This document shows, piece after piece, positions 30,144-45,705 of a stretch of DNA of 64,000 nucleotides. The notes beneath the pieces were generated by a model. The model was not told the origin of the DNA, did not search any database, and saw nothing but the letters and a program-made list of their open reading frames with translations. The stretch is from the human T2T-CHM13v2.0 reference genome, Homo sapiens. The DNA lies in the NCBI RefSeq assembly GCF_009914755.1, contig NC_060928.1; one strand, 5' to 3'. Both the position numbers and the translations under genes were made by a program. Each line of letters starts with the position of its first letter. The first letter of the stretch is position 1.

Positions 30144-31802
30144 GGCATAGAAATACATAAACAAATATAAGTATATAAATACAGATATATGGATAGATAG
30201 ATTTAATTTTTTTTTCTCTATGATTCTGCACATACAGACCATTTAAAATCCTTCTTTCCATACTCACTGATCCTTACAGAGCCAGCTCAGGTATAACAAA
30301 TGTCTGTTCCTCTTAGTCTTCCTTGACAAGGAGACAAGGGATTAGGTTCCTCAGCTCTTGGTTTCTTCTTTTTAATTCTCAGAGCACCCTGTGCCTATTT
30401 GCCTAACACTTCTTACTCTGTAGTGTAATCAAAGGTTTTTGCTTTCTGTCTCTCTTTGTATATGTGACTTCACTGAAAGCAAGGCCTATGCCTAGTTGCT
30501 TTCTCTGTCTCAGGATATAGCTTTGTTTGGCTCATACTAATAATCCCATTAATGTAACCAGAATGAATGAATTATTAACTAAACAGGGCACTAGTGTTTT
30601 GGTTATCAACTTCTTCATTCTAATACATTAATGTCATTTGAATAATAATAAACCATTCTGGTATTTTTACAACCATTTGGAGCTACTCTCTCTCCTCCTT
30701 TAATTTCTGTTTTAAAGATCTGTTGAAGCAAATCTTGTTTGGCACTGAGCTATTCATCTTCCTGTATTTTTTTCTTCTTGCCTGTAAATTCTAGGCTGAG
30801 TTAGAATGACTAGTTGCAATGGGCATCCCACTTAACACACACAGAAGGAGACATCATCCATCATCAAATAGAAAAAAAAAAAAAAACATGTAGACCTGTT
30901 TTACTTACTCTCTTGCAATGGACTCAAGGCCAAAGAGAGGGATTCCTCACTGCTATACAAGTCTTACTGCAGCAAAAGTCTCTATACTTTCCAAGTAATA
31001 GCTCCTGAAGCCCATACTTATATTCAAGTAGAAGATACTTCTACATATCAGATACTTGTTAACTTTTCTATTATTTAGAAGTCTGATAAGCTTATCATAG
31101 CAAACATGTGCACCTTTGACTCTGTCTTCTCCCATCATTTTTTCTCTTTGCCCACCTTACTCCAGACACTAGAGTCGTTTTACTCGTTCCTCAAATATAA
31201 GAAATTCGTTCCACTTTAGAGCCTTAACAATCATTTTCTCAATTCATGGATTTCTTTTTTCTATGAATTTTTATGGCTGGTTTCTTTCTGTCTTCCAGGT
31301 TTTTACTTAAATCAATGCACATAGAAAGCCCTTCTCTGATAATTCAAACTTAATGTGCCATCTGATCACTCTATATCATCCTTTCAAAAAATGTTCATAA
31401 CATTTACTATCATTCAATGCTTTCTAATTTACTTTTTTATTGATTGCTTCCTTCCCAGCGATAAAATTCAGGCTCCAGGAGGGTAGGAAACCATTGTTTA
31501 CATTTGAATGAGGACCTGGTTATAATGTGTGTTTAATAAGTATTGTCAAATTAGGAAATATGCTATCTTCGGAAATCATTTTATTCTTGTTGTTATGGAA
31601 TCCGTGTCATTTACTTGTCTAGGACAAAATGGAACAGAGGGTCCTGAAAGAAAGATGAGAATTCAAACAAGTACCAAATTTCTAGGACAAATCCGCACTC
31701 TGTAATGTTGACAGAACAGATAAGAGAAGTGGACAAAGATGGGTGAACTAGGGGGGTATGAGTAGGGATTGGATGTAAGCTTTCTGTTTCCTGATCTTGG
31801 GC

Positions 31803-32218
31803 TGACATGGTTTGGTTGTTTGTCACCAACAAATCTCATGTTGAAATGTGACCCCCAGTGTTAGAGGTGGCGCATGGTGGGAAGTGCTTGGATTATGGGA
31901 GTGGATCCCTCATGAATGGCTTGCTGTCACCCTGGTGGTAATAAGTTCTTGCTCTGTTAGTTTACATGATAACTGATTGTTAAAAAGAGCCTGGCACCTT
32001 CTCCTCTCTCTTGTTCCTTTGCTCTCCAGGTGACACACTGGCTTCCCTTGCCTTCTGCCATGAGTAAAAGCTTCCTGAGTTCTCACCAGAAGCCAAGAAG
32101 ATGCCAGTGCCATGATTCTTGTAAAGCCTGCAGAACTCTGGGCCAAATAAACCTCTTTTCTTTATAAATTACCCAGCCTCAGGTATTCCTTTATTGCAAT
32201 GCAAAATAAACTAATACA
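31803..32218 (+). mobile_element. MSTA/MSTB solo LTR
   Basis: TGACATGGTTTGG...AAACTAATACA. Confidence 0.9.
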
Positions 32219-32609
32219 TAGACATAGTTACCCACTGTGCAATTTGCGACCTTGGGGTTAAATACTTTTTAAATATGGTAGCAATAGTAAGTACAGTTCC
32301 ATGATTATTAGACCACTTGATATATGGAGTAACCCTAGTTTGGGAAATAATTTCCTTCAAACTGGGAGATTTAGCCATATTTGTCACTGCTGCTGCTTTG
32401 ATCTTTATTGTTACTTAACTTTTCATTGATGGTAAGGCTCCCAAGAGGCTGTGAGTTTACTGAAGACAGGTTAAGACTGTGCCTGACTCATACAGAATTC
32501 TTACTAAATTTTCACATAGTAAGGGCTCAGTCAGCCTCTTTTTCAACTGCATTAATTTAAAAGTATCTTCCTTTTACTGTCACCTATGTAGTAATCCTGC
32601 CAATATGTT

Positions 32610-33180
32610 TAACTTGAATGTCTTACTGAATAAACAATCAGAAGTGTCCAAATTGTGAGGAATTCTGCAAAACTGCTACCCTATACTCTTCAAAAAATAT
32701 CAATATTATGAAAAGCAAAAAGAAAATGAACACTGCTGTACATTAAAGAGATATCAAATCTAAATTTAATCAATGGATAATCCTAGATTGATTGGGTGGT
32801 TGATTGAAAGAAAAAGCCATAAAGGTTATTATTTGCACAATTAGGGAAATTTGAATAGAGAAAGTAGTATATTAGGAAACAGTGTCATATTTATGTTAAA
32901 TTTCCTGAGTATGATAGTTGTATTACCTTTTATTAAGAAAAATGTCCTCATTCTTAGGACATACATGCAAAATATATAGGGGTAAAATTGCACGTATGAT
33001 TATGTCTTTCAATGACTTAACAGCTTAATTTATGGCTACCTAAAGAGAGAGAGAGAGATTGAGAGACAGATAATGTACCAATTGCTAAAATGTGATGAAT
33101 TTTAGTGAATATCATGGATGTTTGTTGTACCATTCTTGCAAAATTTCTACAATTGAGTATTATTTAAAATAAAAATAGAA
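32610..33180 (+). mobile_element. L1MC/L1ME 3' region
   Basis: atgttaaatttcctga...gtaccattcttgcaaaatttct...aaaataaaa. Confidence 0.6.
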
Positions 33181-33885
33181 GTTTGATTAGAAAAGTAAAT
33201 AAATGTAAAAAAATTAAATGAAATTGTGTCTTGAAGATTTTATTTCTATGTGTACCTTGTTTCTTTTTGGAAGAGACAAAAGTCTTCAAGAAAAAAGAAA
33301 TTCGCTGTATTTTGTAAGCTGACGTTTCAATAGTTTGAAAGTCACCTCCTCCAAATAGTAAATTTAAACCAGTATTTGATATCTTGATTATTTAAAAATA
33401 TTTTGAAATATGAAGGAATGTCTCCAATTTAGCAATAGAACAAGAAAAGTTCTGTTTCTTAAGAATCCATGGGATACACTTACGGGATTAAAATTTTATT
33501 ATGAATATAACACATAAGGAATCGATTATATTTAAAATAACTATATTATGCAGCTTTTCCTTTAGCAAAGGAGATTTGCCTACTGATTAAAGGCCATTGA
33601 GATTACTAGATTTAGATTCATATTAAATGTTTCCATTTAACATGTATAAACATTAACCAGATTTCCTGAAGATTCACTTAACATAATTTAAAATTTAAAT
33701 ATCCATTCAATTAAAGTATTGTTATCTCAGTGTTTTAGGTTTCTAGAAAGATACATTTTAAATAGGGATGCCGTTTGTATACATCTGTTTCTTAATATAA
33801 ATTCCTTAAATAATGGCATACAGACTGATGAGTTGTTTCAGTTTTGAGAAGGCCAACTCTTGGAAAGCACGTATTAAAGGACATA

Positions 33886-34476
<591 letters not shown>

Positions 34477-35144
34477 TTATGTCTGGTGATTCATCTTGAA
34501 GTTAGTATTATTTTAATTATTGGCTTTAAATTTAGCAGAAATGTAATGCAATTAATGAATGAAATTAAACAGGAAATATAAACATTGATATAGATATTTA
34601 CTTGTAAAATATGAATATATTTTCAAAATAATTGATTATACAGCATTGAGAATATATCCAACAGAAAATAGCACTTTCATGAGGATGCTCTGGTCGAAGC
34701 ATTCAGTTTGTCTATTGTCTGATTTGTCTATTCACCCAGTCTTTATTGAATGCCTCCTACATTCCAGGAAAATTAAAAGTTCTAGGATAAAGCAGAGTAT
34801 AGAAAGGATACAATCCCAGCATTATAGGTGATTAAACAAATACATATATTAAATTAAAAATATGTTAACTGGTGATAACTGTTAATGAAGGGAAGGGAAG
34901 GGAACAAAAAAGATGCATAGGAAGTGCCTGTGTGGGTGTGGAGGATGAGGAGGGTGGTCACTTTTAAATAAGGTTATTAAGTAAGGCCTCATGAAGAAAA
35001 TCACATTTCAACCAAAACCTGAAGGTGATAAGAATGTGAGCCTTCAGGATATTGGGACGACCATTCTAGCCAGCAGAACAGCAGATACAAAGGTCCTGTG
35101 GTAGAAGCCTGCTTGCTATATTAGAGGGAAGCTGAGGAGGCTAG

Positions 35145-35508
35145 TGTATTAGTCCATTTTCATACTGCTATGAAGAAATACCCAAGAATGGGTAATTTAT
35201 AAAGAAAAAGAGGTTTAATGGACTCATGGTTCCACATGGCTGGGGAGGCCTCACAATCATGGCAGAAGGCAAGGGAGGAGCAAAGTCATGACTTACATGG
35301 CGGCAGGCAAGAGAGCATGAGCAGGGGAACTGCTCCTTATAAAACTATCAGGTCTCATGAGACTTATTTACTATGATGAGAACAACATGGGAAAAACCCA
35401 CCTCCGTGATCCAATTACTTCCCACTGCATCCCTCCCACAACACATGGGGATTATGGGAGCTACAACTGAAGATGAGATTTGGGTGGGGACACAGTTAGA
35501 TCATATCA
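35145..35508 (-). mobile_element. THE1C-type solo LTR in an L2 relic
   Basis: TGTATTAGTC...CATATCA, perfect 5-bp TSD GCTAG. Confidence 0.92.
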
Positions 35509-36333
35509 GCTAGTGAGCACAGAGCCCAGTGAACCATACAGAGAAAAAGGATATGGTGTCAGGGAGGTAGTTGGATGGCATAGGGCAAGGAGGTTGGACA
35601 ACTCAGACCTTAGAGATGCTGTGAGGAATCTGGCTTTTAAGGCTTATCTAAGTTCTCAACTTATGTACAAAATTGATTACCATGTCTTCTCATTATCTTA
35701 ATGTCCTCATCTTAGAAAGGAAGTGACATTAATATAGGAAACTATGGATATCGAATAATGAGTGAAGAACAAAATTATTCATAATTAATTTAAATAGGTT
35801 CAATTTTTATATTGATGAATATTTTTATGGATACTTAATCTGAAAGCAATATCTATGTTTCAGTGTAAATTAAATTACAATATTATTTTTTAAAGGTATC
35901 CATTTATCCCTCTGAAATTATTTCTAATAATTAACATGGATTTTTGTGCCAAGAAGCCTGGGTGAGATCTTGTAGCTATGGTGTGCTTAGGAATTTCAAT
36001 GTACAAAGAATCATATATGTGAAAATAGCCACATATGTGTGGCTAATGCTTTCAGGATTTTTAAAGTGAAATTTAAAGTGGAACGACTGAAATTAAAGAT
36101 GAAAACTGTCTATAAAACTTACTACATTTAAATAGGTAATATGCATAATACTTAAAGTATGCTTTGATGTGGTCACCATGAATCACTGCAAATATAAGAT
36201 GTAAATAAATAATAATATATCTAATATTAATTAACTAATTAAATATATTAATTAATATAACTAATAATACATTTATAATAAAAGGCAATCCATTCAGAAA
36301 GTTCAAGAATACAAATATATAAACAAATACAGT

Positions 36334-36712
36334 TCATATGGTTTGGATGTTTGTCCCCTTCAAATCTCTTGCTGAAACATAACCCCAGTGTTGGAGGTAT
36401 GGCCTGCTAGGAGGTGATTAGCTTATGGGGGTGGAACCCTCATGAATGGTTTAGCACTATCCCCTTGTTTAAAAGTGTGTGGCACCTCCCCTCTCTCTGT
36501 GACTATCTCTCTTGGCATGAGACACATTTGCTCTCACTTTGCCTTTCACTACGATTAGAAGCTTCCTGAGGTCCTCCTAGAAACAGATGCTTGCACCATG
36601 TTTCTTGTACAGCCTGCAGAACCGTGAGCCAAGCAAACTTCTCTATAAATAACCTATTTATTTATAGTAATGTAGCTATTTATTTATAGTAATGTAAGAA
36701 TGGTCTAACAAC
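36334..36712 (+). mobile_element. MSTB-type solo LTR
   Basis: atatggtttggatgtttgtcccc...cagcctgcagaaccgtgagccaa. Confidence 0.85.
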
Positions 36713-36744
36713 AGTGAAAAATCTCTCACCTTTCCTATTACCCC

Positions 36745-37109
36745 TGTATTAGTCTGTTCTCACGCTGCTGATAAAGACATACACAAGACTGGGTAATTTA
36801 TAAAGAAACAGAGGTTTAATGGACTCAGGGTTCCATGTGGCTGGGGAGGCCTCACAATCATGGCAGAAGACGAGGGAAGAACAAAGGCATGTCTTACATG
36901 GCATCAGGCAAAGAGAGAGCTTGTGCAGGGGAACTCCTCCTTATAAAACCATCAGATCTCATGAGACTTATTCACTGTCCCTAGAACAGACAGGAAAGAC
37001 CCACCCCCATGACTCAACTACCTCCCACTGGGTCCCTCCCATGACATGTGGGAATTGCGGGAGCTACAGTCAAGATGAGATTTTGGTGAGGACACAGCCA
37101 AACCTAGCA
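36745..37109 (-). mobile_element. THE1B/C-type solo LTR
   Basis: TGTATTAGTCTGTTCTCACGCTGCTGATAAAG...CAGCCAAACC. Confidence 0.9.
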
Positions 37110-37817
37110 CCCACATATCCAACTTTCAAACTGGTTGCCACTTTAACTACATGGAAAACACTCTTTTAGTGTCTAGCGATCCTTTCCAGAGTTTATGCAG
37201 TTGTGTCATCTCTCTTTTTCACATTGTTCATCATTTGTCTTTTTTACTTAAAATTTATCTTTGCAAAAATTCCATGTCAGTACATGAATTACTTTTTTTA
37301 AAAGACTGCATAGCAATTTGTGATTTAGTCTCCTATTAATGAGCATTTATATTATTTCCAGTGTTTTGCTAGTTACTACACTTTTAGTTCAATGTATAAT
37401 ATTCTACAATTGTCATTTCACAAATATACAAGTATATTGTAGTTTAAACTCCAGAAATGGAAGTTCTGTGCATGTATATGAATATTTATATGTATACATA
37501 TGTATTTGTATATTGATAAACTTTATCAAATTAACCTCAATAGAAGTTCAGCTAATTTATTCCAGAAATGTATGAGAATACTGGCTTTTTTATGGCTAAC
37601 CAACAGTGATCAATTTTTGTATTTTGTCAATAGAAGAAAAATGCAATTTCAGTGTATTCTTTACTCTCCTCTTATCATGGATAAAGTTGAACATCTTGTC
37701 ATATGATTAAAAGCCATTGTATTTTTTTTCATGTGAATGCCAGTTTATAATGTTTTCCTAACTTTTTTTACTTTTTCTTATTACTAATTTTTAGGCATTC
37801 TTTAAATTTTAGAATAA

Positions 37818-38246
<429 letters not shown>

Positions 38247-38976
38247 TGTTTGGTGTTTTCGTTTTCATTTAGATGATATTATCTAGATTATAAGTCATAT
38301 TTAGTAACTACTACTGTACACAAGGTTATAAGTCAGTTATTATTTACATTTAAATCTTTAATTCATGTGGAGTTTATTCTGATGCACTGTGGGAGGTATG
38401 GTTCCAGTTTCATTGTTTTCCAAATGCCAGTCCAGTTGTCCCAAATAGTCGTTTATTGAAAAGCCAACATCTCTTAATAATTTGAGATTAACTGATTGCC
38501 ATATTCCAAATTCTACCTTGTTTTTGGGTCTATTTCCATCCTTTGTAATTTTTTTCAATTGGTCTGTCTTTCCAGAAATGCATCAGAAGTACCGTACACT
38601 GATGCTTGGTTTTGATCATTTAAAATATACATTGTTGTCTGCTACAGATAATATTCCTCTTCTTTTTCACATTTTAAAAACTATTCTTGCTTACTTTCTT
38701 TTCACATGAACTGTAGAATTAATTTGCTCAGTGTTAAGAAATTTTTATCGGTATTTTAATTGGAATCAAATTAAAATTTTGCATACATTGAGAGACTTGA
38801 TATCAATGTGAGGTTGAATGCTCGTGATTGCTGAACAGTCCTTCTATTCTTTTTGGGATTTGTTTGTTTTGGTTCTGATTAAATTTTATATCTAAGTTTT
38901 TCCCCACATAGTTTTTGCAGATTCAAGTTAATTTTCATGTATGTTCTTTTGCGCATCTTCTCATCTAAAGAAGTAA

Positions 38977-39322
<346 letters not shown>

Positions 39323-40337
39323 GTAAAGACATAATTTCTAAAGGCAGATATTTATATGAACATCAATAATGTTCATGCACTGCTACTTTACTGGATTTTC
39401 TTATTGTTTTAATAGCTTTTCCACAATTACTTGAAGATTTCTGGGGATTCAGCCATATTCTGCTAACGGTGATAATTTTGCCTATTTTTTCCAATATTTA
39501 TACCTCAAATTATTTTTATCCTCTAATATCCAAGTATATCTGAGTATACATTTCCAAAATTGGAATAGCTTAGACAAAGCATTTATGCATATGTTTTTAA
39601 TAATTGCTCACAATGCCAATATAATATTTCATAATTAAGGTATAAGGGGCATCCTTATAGAATTGAAAATAATTTAAAGTGCTATATAGTTATATATATG
39701 TCTATATTATATATCTCGTTAAGGAAGTAACCATTCTGTTTTATCATATTGGGTATTTTTTTAACAATTATCAATATTTTTAGTTATTTCAGATGACTTG
39801 AACATGTATTGAAATGATCAGTTGAATTTCTTATCTACTGAAAATGAATTCTAAGTTTTAAATGTTAAATAATTTTGCACCATTTTTAAATAAACAACCT
39901 TGATTATAACATGTTAAAAGACGTGTGAGGATTATTTTTGTAAATTTGCTTTAGGAATCTTGCATGGATATTTTAGGACAATTTGACCTATATTTTATGT
40001 GTATGTATTAATATTTGTGTGTATATGCATTTATGTGGTCTTTGCAGGTATTGGTGCTGAAATTATACTAACCAGGTAAAAAGAATGTGAATGTCATCAT
40101 TTGAGTTTGCATGTGTGATCTGCACTAATATAAGTGTTTTTAGGATTATCTGACTTTAAGAGCTTTTGCAGAATTGCCCTGTACTACGATAATCTAGACA
40201 AGGTGTTTTTAGGCAATGGAGGCAAATTGTTTAATTTTGTTTACCTTTTATGGGGAAATCAGTCTCCTATTTAGATTTGTCTCTTTTCAAGTAAACTTTG
40301 AACATTCTTAGATAATTGGATAGTTTATACAGGTCTT

Positions 40338-40362
40338 CGTGTGTGTGTGTGTGTGTGTGTGT
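40338..40362. repeat. (GT)n microsatellite
   Basis: Direct. Confidence 0.92.
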
Positions 40363-43300
40363 CTGTGTTGGTATATAGACACAAATATATATAGTATATA
40401 TATTTGATTACTAAATATATACTAGATTAGATTAGTAGTTTGCCAATGGCATTTTTTATTTTTTATTATTGTTTATTAATTCTGTTTTTCTTTTCTAATA
40501 CATGTATTCTAATATTCTTATAATATTTATAGTTTATTTATAGTTATAATTTTATAAATACTTTCCCTTTTGCTTTCTTTTAGTTTATTTTGTTGGCCTT
40601 TTACTAGCTTTTTGAGTTGCTTATTAAAAGAAATTGTGCTCATGTTTTAAATTTCTATAAATATGTAAAGTCATGAACTTTTCAATTAAAGTACTATTTT
40701 AGTTATATCTCAAAGGGTTTGATATTTTCATTATTGTTATATTCTAATATTTTGCTTTACATTTTCTCTTTCACCCAAGATTGGTTTAAGAAAGAGTTTT
40801 TAAACTTGTTGGTGGATGAGGCATTTCTTTTTATAATTTTGTCAATGGTTTTTGTTCCATTGCATTTTGATTTGGAGTATTTTCTGTGCTATTTTCAATT
40901 TCTTTTTGGATTTATTTAGGATGTTTCTGTGGCCAATTATGGAGTCAATTTTCATGAGATTCTTGTGACATTGCAGATTTAGGTTTTGTTTTGTCATCAG
41001 ACTAAAACTATTTCTCAATATGAAAATTAAGTTATCTATATTTATTACTACAAATCATATTTAGTCTGACTTTTAAATTATTTTCTTTTCTCCTTATGGT
41101 TATTAATTTTGCTTTGTAGTCTATTTCGTTGCTCTGTGTTTTTTGTGTGTATGTGTTTTCTTTTATCTTGAAATGTTTTGATTCTTTTTTGAAAGGTTTT
41201 GATTCTTTTTATTATTGTTCTTAATAATTATACCTTTCCTCATATTATCAAGTTTTTAAAGATAATCTCTAGCAGTTCCCAACTATGAACAATATTAAAA
41301 TAGCATATTTCCTTTTCATCCTTTCTCTTCCTCTCTCTATTACCACCCAATTGTGGTAAATAATACCACCTCTCAGTGTTTTTGTTCTATTCCACTGCTG
41401 TGTTCGTTTTGGGGCTTAAATTACATTAATGTTGGGTTTCTTTTGCCTGTCTTTTACATATTTGATTCTCTTTCTAAAGATTCTCTTTTCCATTTCTTCT
41501 TGTTATTCTTATTTCTAGACTCAATGCCCTTTAGTGTGATTTTTTTTTTTACAAAATGTATTCTGCTTTGTGTTCTTGTAGTATCAACTTTCTTCTTGTT
41601 AGAATTTTTTCAATATTTTTTTCTTGAGACCACCTGCTCACATTTCATCTCCTCCTGTTATCTTGACATAAATTTCTGAAGTTCCTGTGTTTCTGATCAG
41701 TGATTTTCTTTAATAAAGGTGATTAATTCATTAAGATGTTTTAATACATAGCAAAATATTTGGCTGTAGTATTTTAACTCTTCCGTGGCAATATTTTTTC
41801 AGTAAGTGTTCATCAATTGCTAATTTTTCTGCTTCTTCCAGTTTTTCCCCCTTTGGTATATTTTTTGAATGGTACATGAGATGATACTTTTAAATTCATC
41901 AATAGATGCATTTCTATTGATGCACCAGGACCAGCCACCAGGAAGGGAATCCCATGGCAAGTGTGGGGCCGGTATAGCCATCCAAGCTTCACAGTCTAAA
42001 GGTGGACTTTCAACTGCTGTCAGCTTCCTAGGGAAGTGGCTCTTGGTATCTCTCCATACAGCCTAATTTGCCTTTTTGAATAAAAGCTGTGTCTCGAAGA
42101 CTTCATCCAGTCCTTCTGACCCAGTTGTTCCTCCCCTCATTGTTGCAAAGAATAGCTATGACTCAGTCCTGTAGGACAAACCATTCGCTTGCAAGAAATG
42201 AATATTTTCCTTGCACGTACTGAGATCTGCTAACTTGAGCTACTGTCCACATTATTTTTTCTTTGTTTTTTCCAGTCCCTTCTGTTCCATCTTACCTGTT
42301 TTTACAAACTTTCCCATATATGTTTAAGTTTGAAAATTGTTACTTCTCTTAGTTTTGCTGAGTTTGTGGCTTCAAAATACATATTTCTCTCTATTTTTAA
42401 ACAAATTCTAGGAGAAGAAGTAAAAAGAGACATGTTGTATATGAAGCCTTCTTATATTGACTTTAAACACAGTTCTTCTGGTTAGAATTCCTGTAAGATT
42501 TGTATTTTAATTTTATTAAAATCATCCTCACATTTTCTTAAAATTAAAAAATATAATTTTTTGTTTACCATGGGATTCTGTTTTGAGAAGAAGAAAATTA
42601 CTTGTTTTGAATAAAACTTCATATGTGCTCCTGGCTCTTACCATTTCTAAATATGTGCTGACAGAAATGTGTCATATCAAGGTAAACATTTATGAGAATA
42701 TAAAATTACTTGCCCTGGGCCACAAAATAATGATCTGAATTTAGTAGCTGTCAACATTACCAATACAAGATTAGAATAAGCTCTCTGACAACCTGATGCA
42801 TGCCTTCTTGGGAATATGGGTATTAATTAGCTTCAAATTCCATCTCAACTTCATCTGAAGGACCAATGTCTATTCTCTAATTTTCATGCTTGGAAAAGGC
42901 AAATTTCAAATTATTACATATAATATTGAAGAGAATATATACTTTCTTAACTGGAAGAATGATTTTTCATAGACTTTATTGTAACAAAGTTCCCTAATTC
43001 TTAATCATTAGCAGATTATAGGTCCCTATTATTATAATTTGACACATTTAGGTTTCTGAATTAATAATCCTGATTTCTTCCACACCAGCAAACTTCAAAG
43101 AATGCCCTCTACTTAGGCCTCAAAAACAAACAAAAAACTAGGGAAGGAGAATTAATAGTTATCAACTGTGCTGGTACCTGAGCAGGTGCTTCACATGTAT
43201 TAGTTCATTGAATTAACCCAAAGACTCTGCCACATCTGCGTGATTCCTGTCATTCTGTACATGAGGAAACGTGGGCAGTAAGAAATCGGGTAAAGATTCC

Positions 43301-43562
43301 AGAATATTAATACCAGAAAATAAAGAGCAGTGTCTCACTCAGGCTTTTCTGCTCCAAAGTCTGTTCACTTACTAACACACCAGATGGATCTCAAACAGGT
43401 TTCAGTGTTTTATGTAGGAGGAGATGAGACTTATTTTTAAATTATTTCAATTTCTCTAGGGTGAATCAATATTTATTCCAAACATTAATTACACCCTTGC
43501 CTCTTTTATTTACAATAAACTTTTCTTCTTTTTAGAGAATTAAGTGAGAGAATGAAATCCCA

Positions 43563-43618
43563 ACACACACACACATATATATATACACACACATATATAT
43601 TTGTGTGTGTGCTTGCAC

Positions 43619-43658
<40 letters not shown>

Positions 43659-43664
43659 GCATGC
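43563..43664. repeat. Compound (CA)n/(TA)n/(TG)n microsatellite
   Basis: Direct. Confidence 0.92.
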
Positions 43665-43807
43665 CTCAGAGTACTGAAAAATTAGGCATTGTTCCCTGTT
43701 GGCTTTAAGGTTTGTTTTTTTTTTCAATTGGTCTAAAAATAATCATAGAAAAGAGCAGTGTGCTATATTACCTACATTTTCTCTATTTGTCTTTCTTTTT
43801 TGCAAAG

Positions 43808-43878
43808 TGATTATCAAGTTTGCCATGAGAAAATTCCAGATCCTCCTGTATTATGGACTTGAGGAAAATGTGAAAACA
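43808..43878 (+). pseudogene. Exon, 71 nt, phase 1-0 ((V)IIKFAMRKFQILLYYGLEENVKT)
   Basis: Long pyrimidine tract ...tttttgcaaag|TGATT...AAAACA|gtaagt; open frame. Confidence 0.7.
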
Positions 43879-44031
43879 GTAAGTTGATTATACTTATTAA
43901 TGAGATAGCATTTCTCAAGTAACTTGTTATTTTTGGAAATCCACCAGTAAGAATGTCTAGAGACTGGGATATTAGTATTCACTAATACTAACTGTGCCAC
44001 AGCTGTGGCTGGATGAGTAATCAAACAATCT

Positions 44032-44198
44032 GTATTTGAAATGTTCCCAACACAAAGAAATGATAAATGTTTGAGGTCATAAATATCCAAATTACCCTGA
44101 TTTGATCACTACACATTGTATGCTTGTATCAAAATATCACATGTACCCCATAAATATGTACAACTATTATATACTCATAAAAATTAAAAATAAAAAAG
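44032..44198 (+). mobile_element. 5'-truncated L1MA 3' tail
   Basis: ttcccaacacaaagaaatgataaatgtttgagg...catgtaccccataaatatgtac plus A tail. Confidence 0.88.
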
Positions 44199-44832
44199 CA
44201 TTCTGCCCAGATCTCTCAACATTATGTTATTTCTTTAAAAATTTACTAACAGAATGAGAAGTGAAGAAAAGTAAACTCAAGTCTCACTGAAATAAGTCAC
44301 CTGTGCTCTGTCTAGTGAACGTCTGTGTCCTCTGCATCCTCACTGTTCTCTGACCCCTGTCCTTGCTCTGCATTAAAAGGACAAGGAAAATGTCAAAGAG
44401 TGTTCAGCAGAAATTTTTGTGTGTTTGCCCAAAGGTGGTAAATGTGAGAGCAGCTCTAGGTTCCTGAGTCCTGTAGGCAGATATCCTTGGATTGAGAAAA
44501 TTAAGAAATGGTGCTCTAAGTTGGAACATTTAGACATAATTAATTAGTTCTACTGCAGTCTGAGATCATCTTAGAAATATGCTTTGGTACTCATTTTGAA
44601 TTCAAGAACTCTCAAATTTCTTGTTTTCAGTAGTAAAAAAATTACACCGTGATACAAAAGTTTACATATTCTAAAAGGACAATATGGTAGCCACTGAATA
44701 TTATCTCTAAGACACAAATCATCAGCTGCAAAAGCATAGACTTAATGACTTAAAACCATCTTGATTGAGGCTTGAAAAGCCACTTAAAATATTATGCAGC
44801 TTAAACACCATCAAAACCATTTATGTCTACAG

Positions 44833-44985
44833 CTGTACTACAATTATGTTTAAGGCATTCCTTGTAACGGAGACAGCAACTCATCAGCAGAGGAGAATGT
44901 TCAGAGAAACTATCTAAATGTGCCAGCAAAAACATCTGTTCAACTCACAAATTTATGTGAGATAATTCAGCTGTATGGAATTAAA
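44833..44985 (+). pseudogene. Exon, 153 nt, phase 0-0 (LYYNYV*GIPCNG...QRNY...QLTNLCEIIQLYGIK)
   Basis: tgtctacag|CTG...ATTAAA|gtaagt. 51 codons with one TAA (44851-44853). Confidence 0.7.
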
Positions 44986-45497
44986 GTAAGTTTTCATTAC
45001 TATACCCTATCAAACTGTAAAATGGATTATATCATGACATATAGATATGTCTTATTGAAGTAAGCATGGAGACTTGTTTTTTAATTCAAAATTATATTTA
45101 AATATATCATTTCAGTCTTTCAATAATTAGAAGACAGTTTATAAACATCTTAGTGGGTTTACCTTTAAACTGAACACTGTTTTAGTTTAATAATAGGTTT
45201 TTGCACAGTAAAAGATAGGATACCTTAGAAGTGTTGGCTAAAAAAAGATTTCTGACCAAGTATGCACTCAGTCCTCTGTACTCTCTGTTTTAGACAAAAG
45301 AAAGATGAATGCACTGCAATACCATGTTTGTATTTTTTTCTACTATAGACAAACAAATTAAGGGTTAAGCTCATTTCATTCTCGGTGGTTAAAGATATAT
45401 TTGGCAAGAGATATCTCTGTTGTACAATGAAACTAAAACAAATGAATATTTTAAGACTTATAAGAAATTATCCATTTAAAACATTTTTTTTCTCCAG

Positions 45498-45523
45498 TAG
45501 AAAATAGTAGAGCCTTCCAATGG
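45498..45523 (+). pseudogene. Micro-exon, 26 nt (ENSRAFQW in the frame ending in phase 0)
   Basis: tttttttctccag|TAG...CAATGG|gtaagt. One nt short of a symmetric length. Confidence 0.5.
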
Positions 45524-45613
45524 GTAAGTCATGTTATCTCTATCCTTGATCTGGACTAAGGAAATAATTTGGTCTTCAATCTAGATGGTTGACATTCTAA
45601 TTTAGGCACTTGA

Positions 45614-45705
45614 AACAATTATGATGGTCCATTTCCTTTTAATACTGTTGGTTTCCTGCAACAATTATGATGGTCCATTTCCTTTTAATACTGTTGGTTT
45701 CCTGC
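45614..45705 (+). repeat. Perfect 46-bp tandem duplication
   Basis: aacaattatgatggtccatttccttttaatactgttggtttcctgc x2 (45614-45659, 45660-45705). Confidence 0.97.

Noticed and set aside
44833-44985. Passing resemblance to NCKAP1 (TLYTNWY...LSELLGPYGMK)
   Set aside because: Limited to a few residues and not continued in neighbouring exons, unlike the FBXO47 match.
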